The notes below the pieces were generated by a model. The model was not told the DNA's origin and ran no database searches. It saw only the letters and a program-made list of their open reading frames with translations. DNA of 64,000 bases from the NCBI GenBank assembly GCA_964019335.1, contig OZ025741.1:1-64000 (forward strand). Reading direction: 5' to 3'. This DNA comes from Diplonema japonicum (Eukaryota; Protista; Euglenozoa: Diplonemea). Below, piece after piece: positions 10,101 through 23,288 of the stretch. The position numbers were made by a program, and so were the translations under genes. Positions within the stretch are counted from its first letter, which is position 1. Every line of letters starts with the position of its first letter.

Positions 10101-13100
10101 TAGTGGTAACTCGGGATGCCGTCACACGAAGCTGCAAGGCCCCCCGGTGTTGTCTCGGCGGGCGCTGTCGCATTAATAGTGTCGTTCCACAAGGGGGCTG
10201 CCACGGGTAAGGTGGGGGTCACCATATCCTCGGTCGGCGGGAAGACAGGCGCAGCAGACGGTGTTTGATATCCAGGGCAACATATGTCCTGGTCGTAGTC
10301 CAATCCCACAATGCCAGAGTCAACACGGCTGACGGGTATGTTGCAGGCAGCGTGCACAACAACAGAGCTGATGACCAATGGGACGACAGCAGAGATGGCT
10401 TTTCGGAGCTCTTGGGTAAAGAGCTCTTTTTCAAAATTCTCACATAAAGAGGCGCCCATGACAATTTGCATTGCAGGCTGGTCGTACTGAGGCGATGTGG
10501 GCTGCGGGGGGAATACAGGTGCGGTCAAGACTAGGTCAGCCCTTCCCACCTCAAAGGGGTCCGTCGAGACAGATATACCGCTGCAGCTGTTCATCGTGTC
10601 AATCGTGCTTGACGTGATGCAAGTGGCTTCGATGATGGTGTGGCTGCAGTACCCATGGAAACCCATGCGGGCGAAATGTGCTCTGCCGCGTTGGGCAGTG
10701 ATAACGTGTGGGGGTGCACTTGGGCTGCCTTCGACGATTGTTGCAGCACTGAGGTCATTCGACACTTTGCCGAAGTAGAAGCGTTCTCTCCGTGATGCGC
10801 TGGGGTCCTGGCACACGGCACGTAGGGAGATGGCGGACTCCTTGTCACCACGCAGCACGTTGCCGTTCGCGTCCAACACCTCAACCACAACATCTAATAC
10901 GTAGACACCAACCGGGTCCATATCGGCAGGCATAAACTGCATAAAGCCCCTATCAGGAGTGTACCATGCTTGGTTTTCATCCTGGATAGGCTCTTTGGGT
11001 GGCGGTGATATGAACAGCCCACCCACCACGATGCACTCCTGCTTCTTGACATCACCTTTGGTGGCGTTACACTTCGACACATAGTCCCCTACTATGCTCA
11101 GTTTCGTGATGGTCTGCATGTCTAGCGCAATCACCTTTACATACGGATCGTACCCACGCAGAAGGTTGTCCGAGCTTATCAAAACCCTCACCAGGTCCTG
11201 CTGTCCTTTGTAAACGATATATGGCAGCTCTGTGGTGCCTTGTGTCAGGACCATGACTTCGCTGCCGTTTCTGAACGTCCAGTCCTTCAAATGACAGGGG
11301 GCGATTGGAACCAGTTTGCACTTGCCCCAGTTGATGTTGTTCGTCGTTGCGGTGGGTGCGAGGCACGAGGACCACAGCGGGGAGTTGTCTCCTAACCACT
11401 CACCGCCCAGTCTGCACGTGCTGCACCAAACGTACTGAGACAAGTCAGAAGAGATGCACGGTATGCTCAGCGGGTGAAAGGAGACAACAGCATCGGCCCC
11501 TTGTTCGATCCCTACCGGGGTGTTGCTTGGGGCTGAATTGTCTGCGGCCGTGACATGGAGCATGAACGGGAAACCTACCACCCACGGCAGCACAGCGTCT
11601 CCTTCTTTGTAGGACAGTGCCTCGTGCTTGATGCCGCTCATGGACAGGGTTGTTACTAGCTTAGCTGCAGCGACGACAACGTAAAATGGAGCGACTTCTG
11701 AAATATGGTTCTTAGCAAACAAACCAAGCACCTTGAAGGACACGGCCCATGGGACATGGCCTGTGCGGTTGATGAACGTATGCTCAAACACAATCACGCC
11801 GCCTCTAGCAGTGAGGGATATGACTGGTATGGTGGCTGTCGGGACGCATGCTGAGCTCTGCGACTTGCAGCATTCTACACATTGCCGGAATGTCATCTCA
11901 ACAACTGTGTTGTAGTCGCCATTCACCACGGCACCCTTGGCGTCAACGACATGCAGCACAAAGGTGAGGTTTGTCCCAGTCACCACCGTAGGATCACCCG
12001 CTGCCCCCGAGATAAACCCTTGGCTGTGATGTGTTATGACCCTGTCGATGATGTTGGCAGTGATGTCAAGGGACTCGACAAAGGTGCTTCCACTGCTTCC
12101 GACTGGCAGCCCCGACACGGTCTGTATCTGACAACTCCCAGTAGTCAGCACCACTCCCACCCACTCCAACACAGGCCCTCTGCTTGTCGTCATGACAACA
12201 GGTCCTTCTGCTGTAAAGCACCCTAAAGGCGACGTCACCAGTGACACCGACACCAGCAGCTGCTCCGACACAGATGTCTCGCGCCCTTCAGAGCTAAGCC
12301 CCAGCAGCCCAAACGTTGTTTTGGCGGCCACGACAACATCAGCCGTTCCTGGGGTATTTATGCTGACACCTTCCCATTTCCATGTGTCGGGGATAAGCAA
12401 CAAACCAGGCCGCAGCGTCATTCTGATTCGTTGTTCATGTATCTCTCCATCGAGGTACGGACGATAGGCGCCAGGGTGGGACTCATGGGCCAGTATGCTC
12501 AAAGTACAAGATGCGGTAATATCTCCCTGTAGAAATGGAACTACTGTTAAGTCCAACACAGCAGCTGTGGTGTCCAGCGTGTAGGGCTCGCCCCAGTTCA
12601 ATTGGCTGCCCCCGAGCTTCACAGAACCTTGATGGTTGCACGCGAACGTCACCTGTGGCGGAGTAGGGAAAGGAATGGAGCTCAGATGGTACGTGTGGTT
12701 CGCAGGTGAGATGTCCCTCTGAGTACCGGGGATAGCACCGATCGCTAGAAACCGTACAATCAACCCCCTGCCAGACCATGTTGTGATAGCGCTTGTGTCG
12801 TTGAAGATCACAGCAGAAGGGGGCACAGACCACCGTAGCACAGGAGGGGCACCTGAAGCGAGCATATTGATAGGCAACGTGAAATCGCCCACCACCAGCC
12901 TGTCAAGCTGGAAGTTGATGTTAGGGCTGCCTGAGAGCGTTACGGCAATGACACCAGGCAAGCCGCACTCAGGGCACTGATCGATGAAGCCCTCCATCGT
13001 GTCGACTGGGATCCCGTTGAACATGTATCTCCCGTAGATTATCTCCGGTGTGGGGCTCTCCTCCACCACAGTGACGGACATGGAGGGGCTGAGGAGGTTG

Positions 13101-16100
13101 AGGAAGTGCAACTGTCTGCTCGTTTGCGCTGTCTTGCCCAGAGGTTTGATTGACAACGGCTGCTGCAGAGTCTGTTTGTACGAAGGTAGCTGGTGGACAT
13201 ATGTCGGGCCGCCAATGTAAGCACGGTCACCAAGATCGTCGGCAGCATAAACCTCGTAGACCCATACCTTGCTTACTGCTGACGTGTCGCGAAGCTTCAC
13301 TTCAGGAGGCGATTTAGGGATCGCAATGATCTGCGTGGCATTCGAGTGTATGGCTAGAGTATGGTGAACACCGCCGATTTGATAGTGGCACTCGAAGCAG
13401 CTTCTCGTCGCCACCATACGGAAGGTAACAGATCCGTCCACCGACGTGGTTGACGGTGGCGTGAGGGTTTCCAGCGGGGACGTGAACACCAGCGACCCGC
13501 CGCCGCCGTTGACGGCCTCTGTGTTGTTTGCTTTCCCTGCTGAAACTGACAGCTGCCCGTCCCATGATGGGATGTTACTTGAGTCTGCTCGGAAAGCGGT
13601 TAGAGAGAACGGTCGCCGCGCTCCAACAATGGCAGGAGGACTGCCACCCCAAATCCATTTCACACCACACGCCTTAACCTGATACACCGCTATAGCGCCC
13701 AGGCCTAGGCTTTCATACAATCTTGTCACCCACTGCGAAACCACTTTCCCATCCACTTCAAGTATCGCCTCCACCCACACCTCGCACCTCGAGCATGGTC
13801 GAACGAAACTAAACTCCAAGTTTTTCTGCATCCACGGGTCATCGGAATCTCTCGGGAGTGACAGCTCATAAGGCGTCATCTGTCTAATCGCCACCATCCG
13901 TGTTCCCTTACTACTAAGCTCCGTATACTGTGCTGTGGTACATTCCTTGCTGGCGCCTGGTACAAGGAACCCACCGTTGCCGTACCGCAGCAACCTGTTG
14001 CTGATGCTGTCTGAGCTGTCCACCCACGCTACCCTTGCCTCGGCGTAAACGATCACTGTGCTGTGTTTCTTTTTGAACGCGACTGGGATGTCCATAAGCC
14101 ATTCCCCTTCAAACTCGAAAGCAGGTTCGATCGTCACAGAGAACGGTGTCCCGACACTAATGATGAGCTGCTCAGGTATGCTCTGTTTCACAATTGCCAT
14201 AGACCTGGTCTGCAGGGGGAATACCGAGAAAGGCTTCGTAGTGATCGTGCGCTTCCCGACCATAGGGCCGCTTGCTTCCTCAGCAAGTGTTCCTCCCAGT
14301 GTATGGCATGTGTCAAGCCCTGTCAATAGAGTGTTCTGGTAGCAGAGCGCCAATTCCAAAACGCACTCCTGGCAAGGCGCAGACATGGAGAACCACAATG
14401 TTGCCTGCCCGCCAGAAGTGACAACAGCTTGAGTGGCAACCTCTTCAAAGGCAGCCAGAGAACCTGGCAAATCCGGGGAGTTCTGTGGAGGCACCTTCAT
14501 GTTGTACACAGTGACGTTCCCCCCGCTGTTGCACCCGCTGCTTGCAAACTTGCTGCGCAGAACAACAGGAGAGGGCATGAACGCCCAACCACGCTCCCGA
14601 TCAGCCGTTTGGATCTGGACCTGAACAGGAAAGGGCATGCCGACCATAGCTGCCTTGTCTGAACCGTAGCTCCATTCCTGCCCAGGATTCACATCCCACA
14701 TTTTGTAACGGTTCTTTGCACGGGGCATTCGTCTGCTGGGAGGGCACTCGTCGTCCAGCATAGGTGCGCCAAGCACTTCGACAAACGGATATGTCTCTGT
14801 TGACTGCGCAGGCCAGGAGTACTCCTGCGTGGTAGAGGCAGGGATCGGTACGATCTGATCACTTGTACGGTCGGTCGCGCTGACGATGAAGAATCCAGGG
14901 GGCTTGGGATTGAGCCCGTAGAAGGTGAAGCGAACCTGCTGATGCCCCTCGTAGAGCAGCTGGCGGGAGGTCATCGATGTGTTGAGCTTGTTGCTGAGCG
15001 TGAGTGACGTCGAAGGGAGCCAGTCGCTGACAGACGAGACGAGCTCCTGGTCAGAGCCATGCGACAGGACAAAGTCGAACGGCACGTCGTACATCACGTA
15101 TCGCGCGTTGCCCCACACGTGGTACATAGCTGCGCTGAGCTCGATCTTTGTTGCAAGGTTCCCACAATTGGGTGCACCCGGCCGCAATGTGGTCCCTGTA
15201 AGTGACGTCTCAACAATAGCAACATGTCGCTGTAGCAGTTCAACGCCAACTGGGCGTATCCACAACTTTATCTTCCTGCAGGGTACCTGTGCACTGGTCA
15301 GCGAGAACTCACCCCTCGCACTCGCAGCATCACAGATTTCGAACACGGCCTCGCGTACCGGTGTTGTGTAGCCCCTAGTTTTCTGCTGCACTATAGAGAG
15401 CACGCCGTATCCCTGTGGCGCTGATCGGCCATTTGTTACTTGCCTTTCGAACCTAACGATGGCAGAACCCTGACTGAGCTCGATGCCGTTGCCCGTGATT
15501 GGGCTCCTGCTGCTCTTCAACTCCACGTCATTGGTTGCGCACTGGCCTTCGCAAGGAGGCCAGTCGAGGATGTCATTGTCAAGCTTTACAGTTATATCTT
15601 CATCGGTGACGTCATTGCGAAGGTCGACCTCCGCAGTCCCGTTGTAGTACCTGACCTTCAGGCGCAGCGTGTCTGTGGTCTTCGTGATGTACTCAGAGCA
15701 TCCCAGCACGCCCTCTGTCTCGCACAGCGACGTCCCTCCGTTGACGAGTGAAACGGACAGCCTCCGTATGCCCTGTGACCCACTCGATTGTACTAGGGTC
15801 ACAGACGGCGTACATTGATAGTTGTCATTCACACCAAAGGCAGTGGCGCGTATCCTAAACACACCCTCCTGCTGTCCTTCCGGAAGCTCAATATACAAGT
15901 TTTCAATCACCGCTGTGCCTTTGTTCATGTAAGCGCGTATGATGCCCGTGTTATCCCTCTGCTTCAAGGAAAGCAGCCCCGTGTGCACGGACCCGCCCTG
16001 CTCAAGGAAGTCGTTAACTGGGTCGATCTCGGTGAGCCAATCTGACCATAATGTATCAATGCCATTCAACGTTGTGGCCGTGACAGTGATGTTGAAAGTA

Positions 16101-19100
16101 TCCGTGCTCAAAGAGCCTGCTGTGTACGCCACGACACGTGACGAGCACACCACGCTCTTGGTTTCATCTGTAAGGGTGAAGACGAATGGGTCGTCAGCGC
16201 CACCTGTTGGACCTAGGCCGCTGGTGCTGTGCATGGTGACGGAGCACTCTACACATGGTTGTGAAGTCCTCAGTTCCCATGCAGCGCCCCATGTGTCGCT
16301 TGGTGCACCCGCTGTCAGTGCTATCCACTTCATATCATGCATTACAAACTGAGACCCCACTGTGTCTGCCAGCGTGATGCCATTTCTCCCCGTGATGCCG
16401 TCCACCGACTCAGTTAGCAGGGCATAGACAGAACCCTCATTGTACTCATCTGGCAGCCAATTGTTATTGGAGTCGTATGTACCCGGCAGAACTTTGACGC
16501 TTATCCCCCTGTGGACGCTGCTCGACGGGCTGCCGATGACACTCAGTGTGTTTGCCATCATCCTGACCGAGACCTGCAGCGTGGCTATCACCGTTGTAGT
16601 AGTGTTGGACAGTGTGAGCAGCAGATCACAGGGCGACAGCCTCCTGCAGCCAACGTTGCTGTATAAGCGGAACCTTACAACCTTTACCGCTTCTGCGGTA
16701 TCGAACACCACAGATGTGAACGGAAGTGTGAACTCGGGTGATGTATATTTGCCGGTTGAGGCGTTCAGCCCTTGCTGCACCTGAAGTACACTGTTTCCCA
16801 ACTGCGCTGTGCTTCCTGGCGCGAAGCGCAGGTCTGCAGTCCAGCCTGTCAGGTTCTGGATCGCGATGCCTTCTAGAGTGACGGCCGTGAACCGCAGCTC
16901 GTATGGAGCGAGAGCCACAAGATACATGCCTGGCTGTGACTTCCAGTTATCATGGCCCCGCGTGAACGGATCACCATCGTGCTGAGGTACCCATATGGGA
17001 ACCGGGGCCTGCTCCCCAGCTGTGCCCACCTCGACGTCCACAGGGTGCAGGTCCTCAAGCATGATGCTGCTGACAACAAGCTTTCGCACGTCAACCACTA
17101 CATCAGCAAAGTGCACACCCGCAATACTGATCTTCAGGGTCACTGCTTGATGCACGCCGCTCAGCAGCCGTGCGGTGAAGAAATAGTTGAAGACGCCTCC
17201 CAATCCCCACGTGTCATTGGAAGACTCGATGCCCCCAACTGCCGCCATGTGCACAACTGTGATATTGAAGATCCCCCTTGGCACGAATTCACGCAGCCCC
17301 TGATACGTGGCTTCTAGCTTCAGTGCGCATGATATGTCATCCCAGCAGGTGTGCCGTGTGGTGTTCGTGTTGTGCTCCAACGTTTTCCCGTTCACGAGGA
17401 TGCCATCGGGCTGCTGCCCGCGGATGTGAAACCACAACGCATTGGACCGCAGCTTTCCCGCAACGAACTTCAAGCCGCACCCAGCCTTAAATGTGCTGTT
17501 TGACAGACAAGCAGAGAGAAACCGTATCGAATACTGCACCTCACCTGACTGCATAAACTGCGTGCCCCCGTTGGGGTCCCATCCGTACATGGAAGCATCA
17601 TTGCGGGCACAGCCGCTGCCCGACGGGTCGTTGGTATATGAGACCACGGAGGGAGTGCTCTTGGTGCATGTGAGCTCGCTCCACGAGTAGGCTTCGCAAG
17701 TCTCGATCGACACAGGAAAGCCGCCCACACCAACCTTCTGCCCGCTGCTCAGTGCGTTGATTGTGATTGTCACTATCTCCCCAGCAGATATTACCACAGA
17801 CTTGGAGTCAATGCCGTCGATGAGTACATCCTGCCCTTCGTAGTACTGCTGCATGTCAGCACTCCACTCGTTGAAACGCCTACTTGTGTCAAAGGTACTG
17901 CCAACAGTCACCGCCAGCTGGTCAATCTGGCCCGCTACGAGAAGTGAAGTGCTCCCACCAGTCCCAAGTGCAGGAGACGCCCTGTTCCACAAGGTATACG
18001 ACACGCCTGGCTGGGATATAGCTCCGCCAATAGGTACACTTCCGGTCTTCGCGTAAGATGCCTTCAAGGCACAAACTCTGTACTGCCCTGACGGCGTGGG
18101 GTCTGAGGGGGGCAGCCTAAACTGCGCCCCTGGAGCAACTGCCGCAGATGCACTGCCTGTTCTCACGACTGGAACCCACCCGTACTCACTGGGATGCAGA
18201 GACGGAACACATACTTGGGTGTCGTTTACTACCATCACCCAGTCTTTTCTCATTGGCGGCTGGTAATGTACTGTGCAGTTAGGAGGTTCGTTAGCATTCC
18301 TGCCGCACCATGAGCTAAGCGACACTCCTGCCTTCCCATGCAAGTCGTACAGTGTCACGTTCGAACCGGGATTATCAAAGCTAACGGGACCGGGATCCAT
18401 CTGCAGCAAGGGGTCTACGACTAGCAATGTTTGGGTGTCCCTCCCATTGGACAGCCATCTCCAAGGACCACTAGTCAATCTAGCACACACTAGGTACCTG
18501 CCTGGTTCAGGTAGGTGAAATCGAAGTCCGATGCTTCCTTTGGGTGCGTAATCAGGCAAAGGCCACTCGGTGGAGATACTAGGGCAGGTCCCCATGGCTT
18601 CGATACAGCTCTGGCTAGGGATGATGGTTGAGGGATGGCCAGCTGCACGGCAGTCGACTCCGTCTTTTTTGTTCACACACCGTGAGTTGCCAGGCTCCCA
18701 ATTGCACCACCCGCTCCTCTCACAAATGGGCTCGTCCAGACCATCACAGAGTGGCCACGGTACTAGCTTGAAGTCGACATCTGAGAAGTGTATCGCGTGC
18801 GTGACCTGCTGGGATGGTATCAGCCACATGCCAGCTGCAACGTACGGGTCAGGGCTTGCTATATCAGAGATGAACGTGGTAAGCGCCCCTGCCAGACCGG
18901 TGGGTTCTGTAGACCCTGTGACGGGCCCAATATGGGGGTGGACGTCGTACGCATGGATCATGGAGGTCCCGGTGAACATACCACCGATGAAGTACTGCCC
19001 CGGTGCACCAACATCTTCCGGAACAGCAACCCATAAATGGCTGCCCCCAATGGAGGTCTTGACGCACACTTTGTAGCCTACAGAGACGTCGCCCACTGTA

Positions 19101-22100
19101 CTGGGGAACGTTGTCACCATCATAGCGTTCTTTTGTGGACCATCCGTGGGGCCCAGATCTGACCTACCCTCCACCCCGCCGCCCTCGAGGCCGATGTGAG
19201 AGCCCACTTCACATGATGTGTTCCACACAACGAGCTTTGCAGCGTCGCCTTGCGGGTTGGTGTTCAAGGTGTCGGAGACATGGCAGTTTGTGCCTCTGCA
19301 CCTCTCCACCCATACCACCGAGACGCCTTGGTTGACAGGCTTCTCTTCCGACTTGGCGTGCCATCGGATGCCATGGTCTACCACTGTGTACTTCTCTTTC
19401 TTCCACACCATTGTTTCATTAATCGATACACAAAGGAAGTACGCACCAGGCAAAACCGGCATCTCAATAAAAAAGCTAAAGTACCCATTGACGTACATAG
19501 CAGTAGAAGTCTGTGACAACGAGTACGGCGGGGTGTCAAGCCCAGCAGCGATGTTGACGCAGGGGGATCTCGTGCCCTCAGGGACCATCTTGGCATGGAA
19601 GGGCTCCGGGTGGGGAATAGTGATCGTGAGCCTGAATTCTATCAAACTGCCAGCCAATAGGTCAGTGCTGGGGGGCGGGTACAATTTATGCGGCTGAAAT
19701 GGTAGCAAGGGGATCTCTTGTGACAGCCAGTGCGTCGTGAGAGACGACTTGTAGCATAGACGTGGCGGTGACTTCGTGCTGTTCAGGTGCTTGACAGAGA
19801 AATACGTCACTGCACCATTCACCCCTGTCTGGTACAAGTTTGTCATGATGCTACTTCTTGCAACGCCCTTTGGCGGCGGGTATCTCCCCAAAGGGTCACT
19901 GCATGGGTATGAGTTCCCCTCGTCACACAACACCGACAGAACAACATCGTACTCGCTCTGCCTCCCGAACCACGACCCCGGGATGAGGTCGCAACCTTCC
20001 TTGTTGAAGGCGATGCGGGTGTAGTCGCCATGCATGCCTACTGTCACTTCACTTTGCATGTGGAGCTGCAGTGCAGCATCCGTACCGCCAAAAAGACTTC
20101 CCTCCACGTAGAAAATAGCTGCTTTGTCAACAGTGAGGTGGCTTTGGTAGTGGTGTGGGTTCTGCGTTTCCGTTGCAGGGACTGCGACCCAGTTCAAAGC
20201 TCCGATGCGAACGCACACTTGGTAGTCACCTATCGCAGGCACGGAGATGTAGAAGTTCACTGCTGGGACGTCTGTAGCATTCGAAGAGCTGCCCTTGCAC
20301 AGCATGGGGTTTGTCTCGACTTCGTACCACGTGCACTCATCCGTACCGCTATCGAGGTACTCCTCCCAGTGCCCTGTGCTAGTGAGATTCGAGTTCATGT
20401 CGCAAGGGTAGTTCAGGGGTGTGAGGCGGAGAGCTGTTCCGCGCAGATCAACTAAATTGCTCTGCCCCCACTCCCACCTATGCCGCACCGCTGTGTTTGG
20501 CTCTGCTGACAAAGTGCTTCCACCAACTGTCCGGATTACTAAAGGTCCCCACGTCCCAGTCCGCGTGTCGTTCATCGCCCATTCCAACGATACGTTGTGG
20601 TACAGAGCAGGAGTGCTGCCGTACCACCCTGGGACCACAGGTGTCGGTGACAGGACTGACGGGGAGTACCCCGATCCGAGTCGTCGCCACATCTTTGGTA
20701 GGTTCGTTTCAGGTGTCCAGACCAGCATCCTCCAAGCTGCCCACCCTCCTCTTCTGTAACACACGTACCATGTTTCACCCTTCTGCGGAACCCGCATCTT
20801 AAGGTATGTCTCCTGAACACCTGATATATCGTCGAAGGCGTCGATGTAGTGTGGGTTGTCTGTCAGATCACGCGATGTATGGGCATAGACTGCAGAGGTT
20901 TCCGCCCGCTCCTCAAGATCAGGGTCCAACGGCGCCCAGCAGCCAGGGGGGCTAAAGCTGCCGATAGTACTGAGAGGCTGCACATCTAACTTTGGAACTT
21001 CTGTCACGAATTCATGATCTTGCACTATGCGCACCCAGTCGCCTCCCTCAACGTGTACATTATCGGAGTAAGCAGGGATCGCCGGCAGCCTGTTGAGGTC
21101 GGGGGAGGATGATACGATTCTCATCGTCCCCCATGAAAGCGGCGTCAGGTCCAGTATGGTCCACGAAATGTCTTCAGCAACCACAGAAATATGTCTGTCC
21201 GTAGATGCGGGGGAACATTTATCGACCCTCTGGCTGCAAGCGTACAATTTCTGCCAAACAGGGATGTCTTCCGGGTATGGATATCCTGTGTACATCTTCC
21301 GCTGTCTCGCCGACGAGAAGCAGACATCATATTCCCCTACCAACACCGGAAGCTGTATGTAGACATGAGCCGTCGTCAGGACTTCAGGCAACTGCGACAG
21401 CTCTCTAAATGGATTGGCTTTAGGGGTACTTAACAAACCCACTCCGCCCTTTGTCGCGCCTTCGAAGAGCCCAATGGAGGCGATATGGTCCCACGACCCA
21501 TCTCTCCCGATGTAGTAGGTGCCGAGGTATGGGTGGCCATAACGATTGTCCTTGGATTCGAAAGTGCAGGACGAGTTCTTTGGTACTATCTTGACGTTGT
21601 CTGCAGTAAGGCATTCCCACGGGATCCAAGAGTTGTTCGCGCCTTGTATTTGCATCAAGTTGACGTCGCTGGTGCAGTTCAATGGTGTCGAGAAGTTGAC
21701 CTCTTCGTAGGTGGTGAGCTTCATGACAACAAACTGGCCCGGCGTGGCCTTCTCCGGCAAGTGGTAAAAAATGCGGGTTGGCCGGGCCTGGAAATAGTAT
21801 TGGCCCGTGGGGAGAGTTGCCATTTGCCACTTCCCATCGACAGGGAACAATTTGCCTTCCTTGTCAGTCCAGGTCCGGCTTTGTCTGAAGCACATCACGA
21901 ACTGCACGCTGTGGTGCGGTGCTATGAACGTCGTGAACGCCGAGCCGACAAATGTCTTGTTCTCCAGCAGATGGTCGCTGACAGAGAGTCCGAACCCAGC
22001 GTCTCGAAACATCGCTGTGCCCAATATATACTCGCCGCACTTCCTCCCCAAAGCCGCGTTGTATTCGTACACCCTGAAATCATACTGCACCTGATCGCTG

Positions 22101-23128
22101 TAATTGTAATACGACTGCAACAAATTGTCTCCCAGCATGGTGTGTGTGACGGCGCGTAGCTCCTGCCCCTCCATAAAATCGACCGACGGCAGCAGGCTCG
22201 CTGTGTAGTTGTCGGAGGTCTCTAGCGTAAGGGATTCGGACACGGTGTCTGTGTGGGACAGCGAATAGGTCAACGAAGGACTGAAGGTGTCAGTCAATGA
22301 GATAGAAAAGGTTGGGGTTGCGGACCAGGTAAGGGACTCAGAGTGCGTAACCGACAAGGAAAAGGACAGCGTGCGAGAATGCGACAGCGAGTAACTCTCT
22401 GTGCCCGTGGGCAAGGTGAGAGATATGCTCTCCGTGGCAGTTGGGACCGAATAGGACGCAGTCACTGTCTGAGACAAGGTAGGTAGCGACATAGAGACCG
22501 TATTTGTGAGGGACTCGGTGGCCGTCAACGATAGGGTAAAGGTATCGGATACCGTAGGCACAGTGACAGAGAAGGTGTTTGTGAGGGATGCACTTACCGA
22601 CGACGATTCAGAAAAGGTCGCTGTGAGACTGTAGGTAGCGGTTTGGCTGTCAGTTACCGTAGAGGTAGGAAGCGTTAACGAAACGCTGAATGTATGGGAA
22701 AGAGAGATGGATGACGACAGTGAGGCGCTGTACGTGTCGGTACCTGTCACAGTAGCTGTAGGGAGCGACACTGACAACGAATAAGTATCAGTCAAAGAAA
22801 TAGAGGCGGTTGCTGTCAGGGAAAAGGTTGGCGACACAGTCTCCGACACAGTAGGGCTCATGCTATTGGTCCACAGTGTCCTTGACATCGTGAAGGAGAA
22901 GGTAGCAGTAGATGTCCAGGTGTCAGTTGGTGTGGCTGTCTCGGTTGCCGTTCCTAGCGACAGTGTCGCAGTGTCTACAGTCATGCTCACACTCCCCGTG
23001 CTGCTCTCTGTCGCTGTCATAGTTTCCATCGTCGCGCTCAATGTCTCACTCGTTGTCTCGCTTAAAGTCGTTGTCTTTGTCTGTGCAGCCACAGCACTCA
23101 AGAACGCCACAATCACAAAAACTTTCAT
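7200..23128 (-). CDS. Giant cell-surface protein, ~5273 aa, 4 exons, probably GPI-anchored
   Basis: Signal peptide MKVFVIVAFLSAVAA, Thr/Ser-rich region, long beta-rich body, PAN/apple-like domain, GCDGVxNS..DxCxxC repeats, two MIB/HERC2-like domains, hydrophobic C-terminus. Introns 8745-8781 (37), 8599-8630 (32) and 7403-7440 (38) join four ORFs, and the spliced length is divisible by 3. Confidence 0.85.
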
Positions 23129-23288
23129 CTCTCGTCATGTTACACCCTACTGAGAGATCGGGGTGTTTCGTTTCCAAAAGATGCAAAAGCAACACAACAT
23201 ACTGCTGTTAGGAAGGAAAAAAAAGGGGGGGGGTGAAAGAAGATGGGGAGGGGCTTAACGCTCAAACATTAGGCCTCCCTATTCCTTT

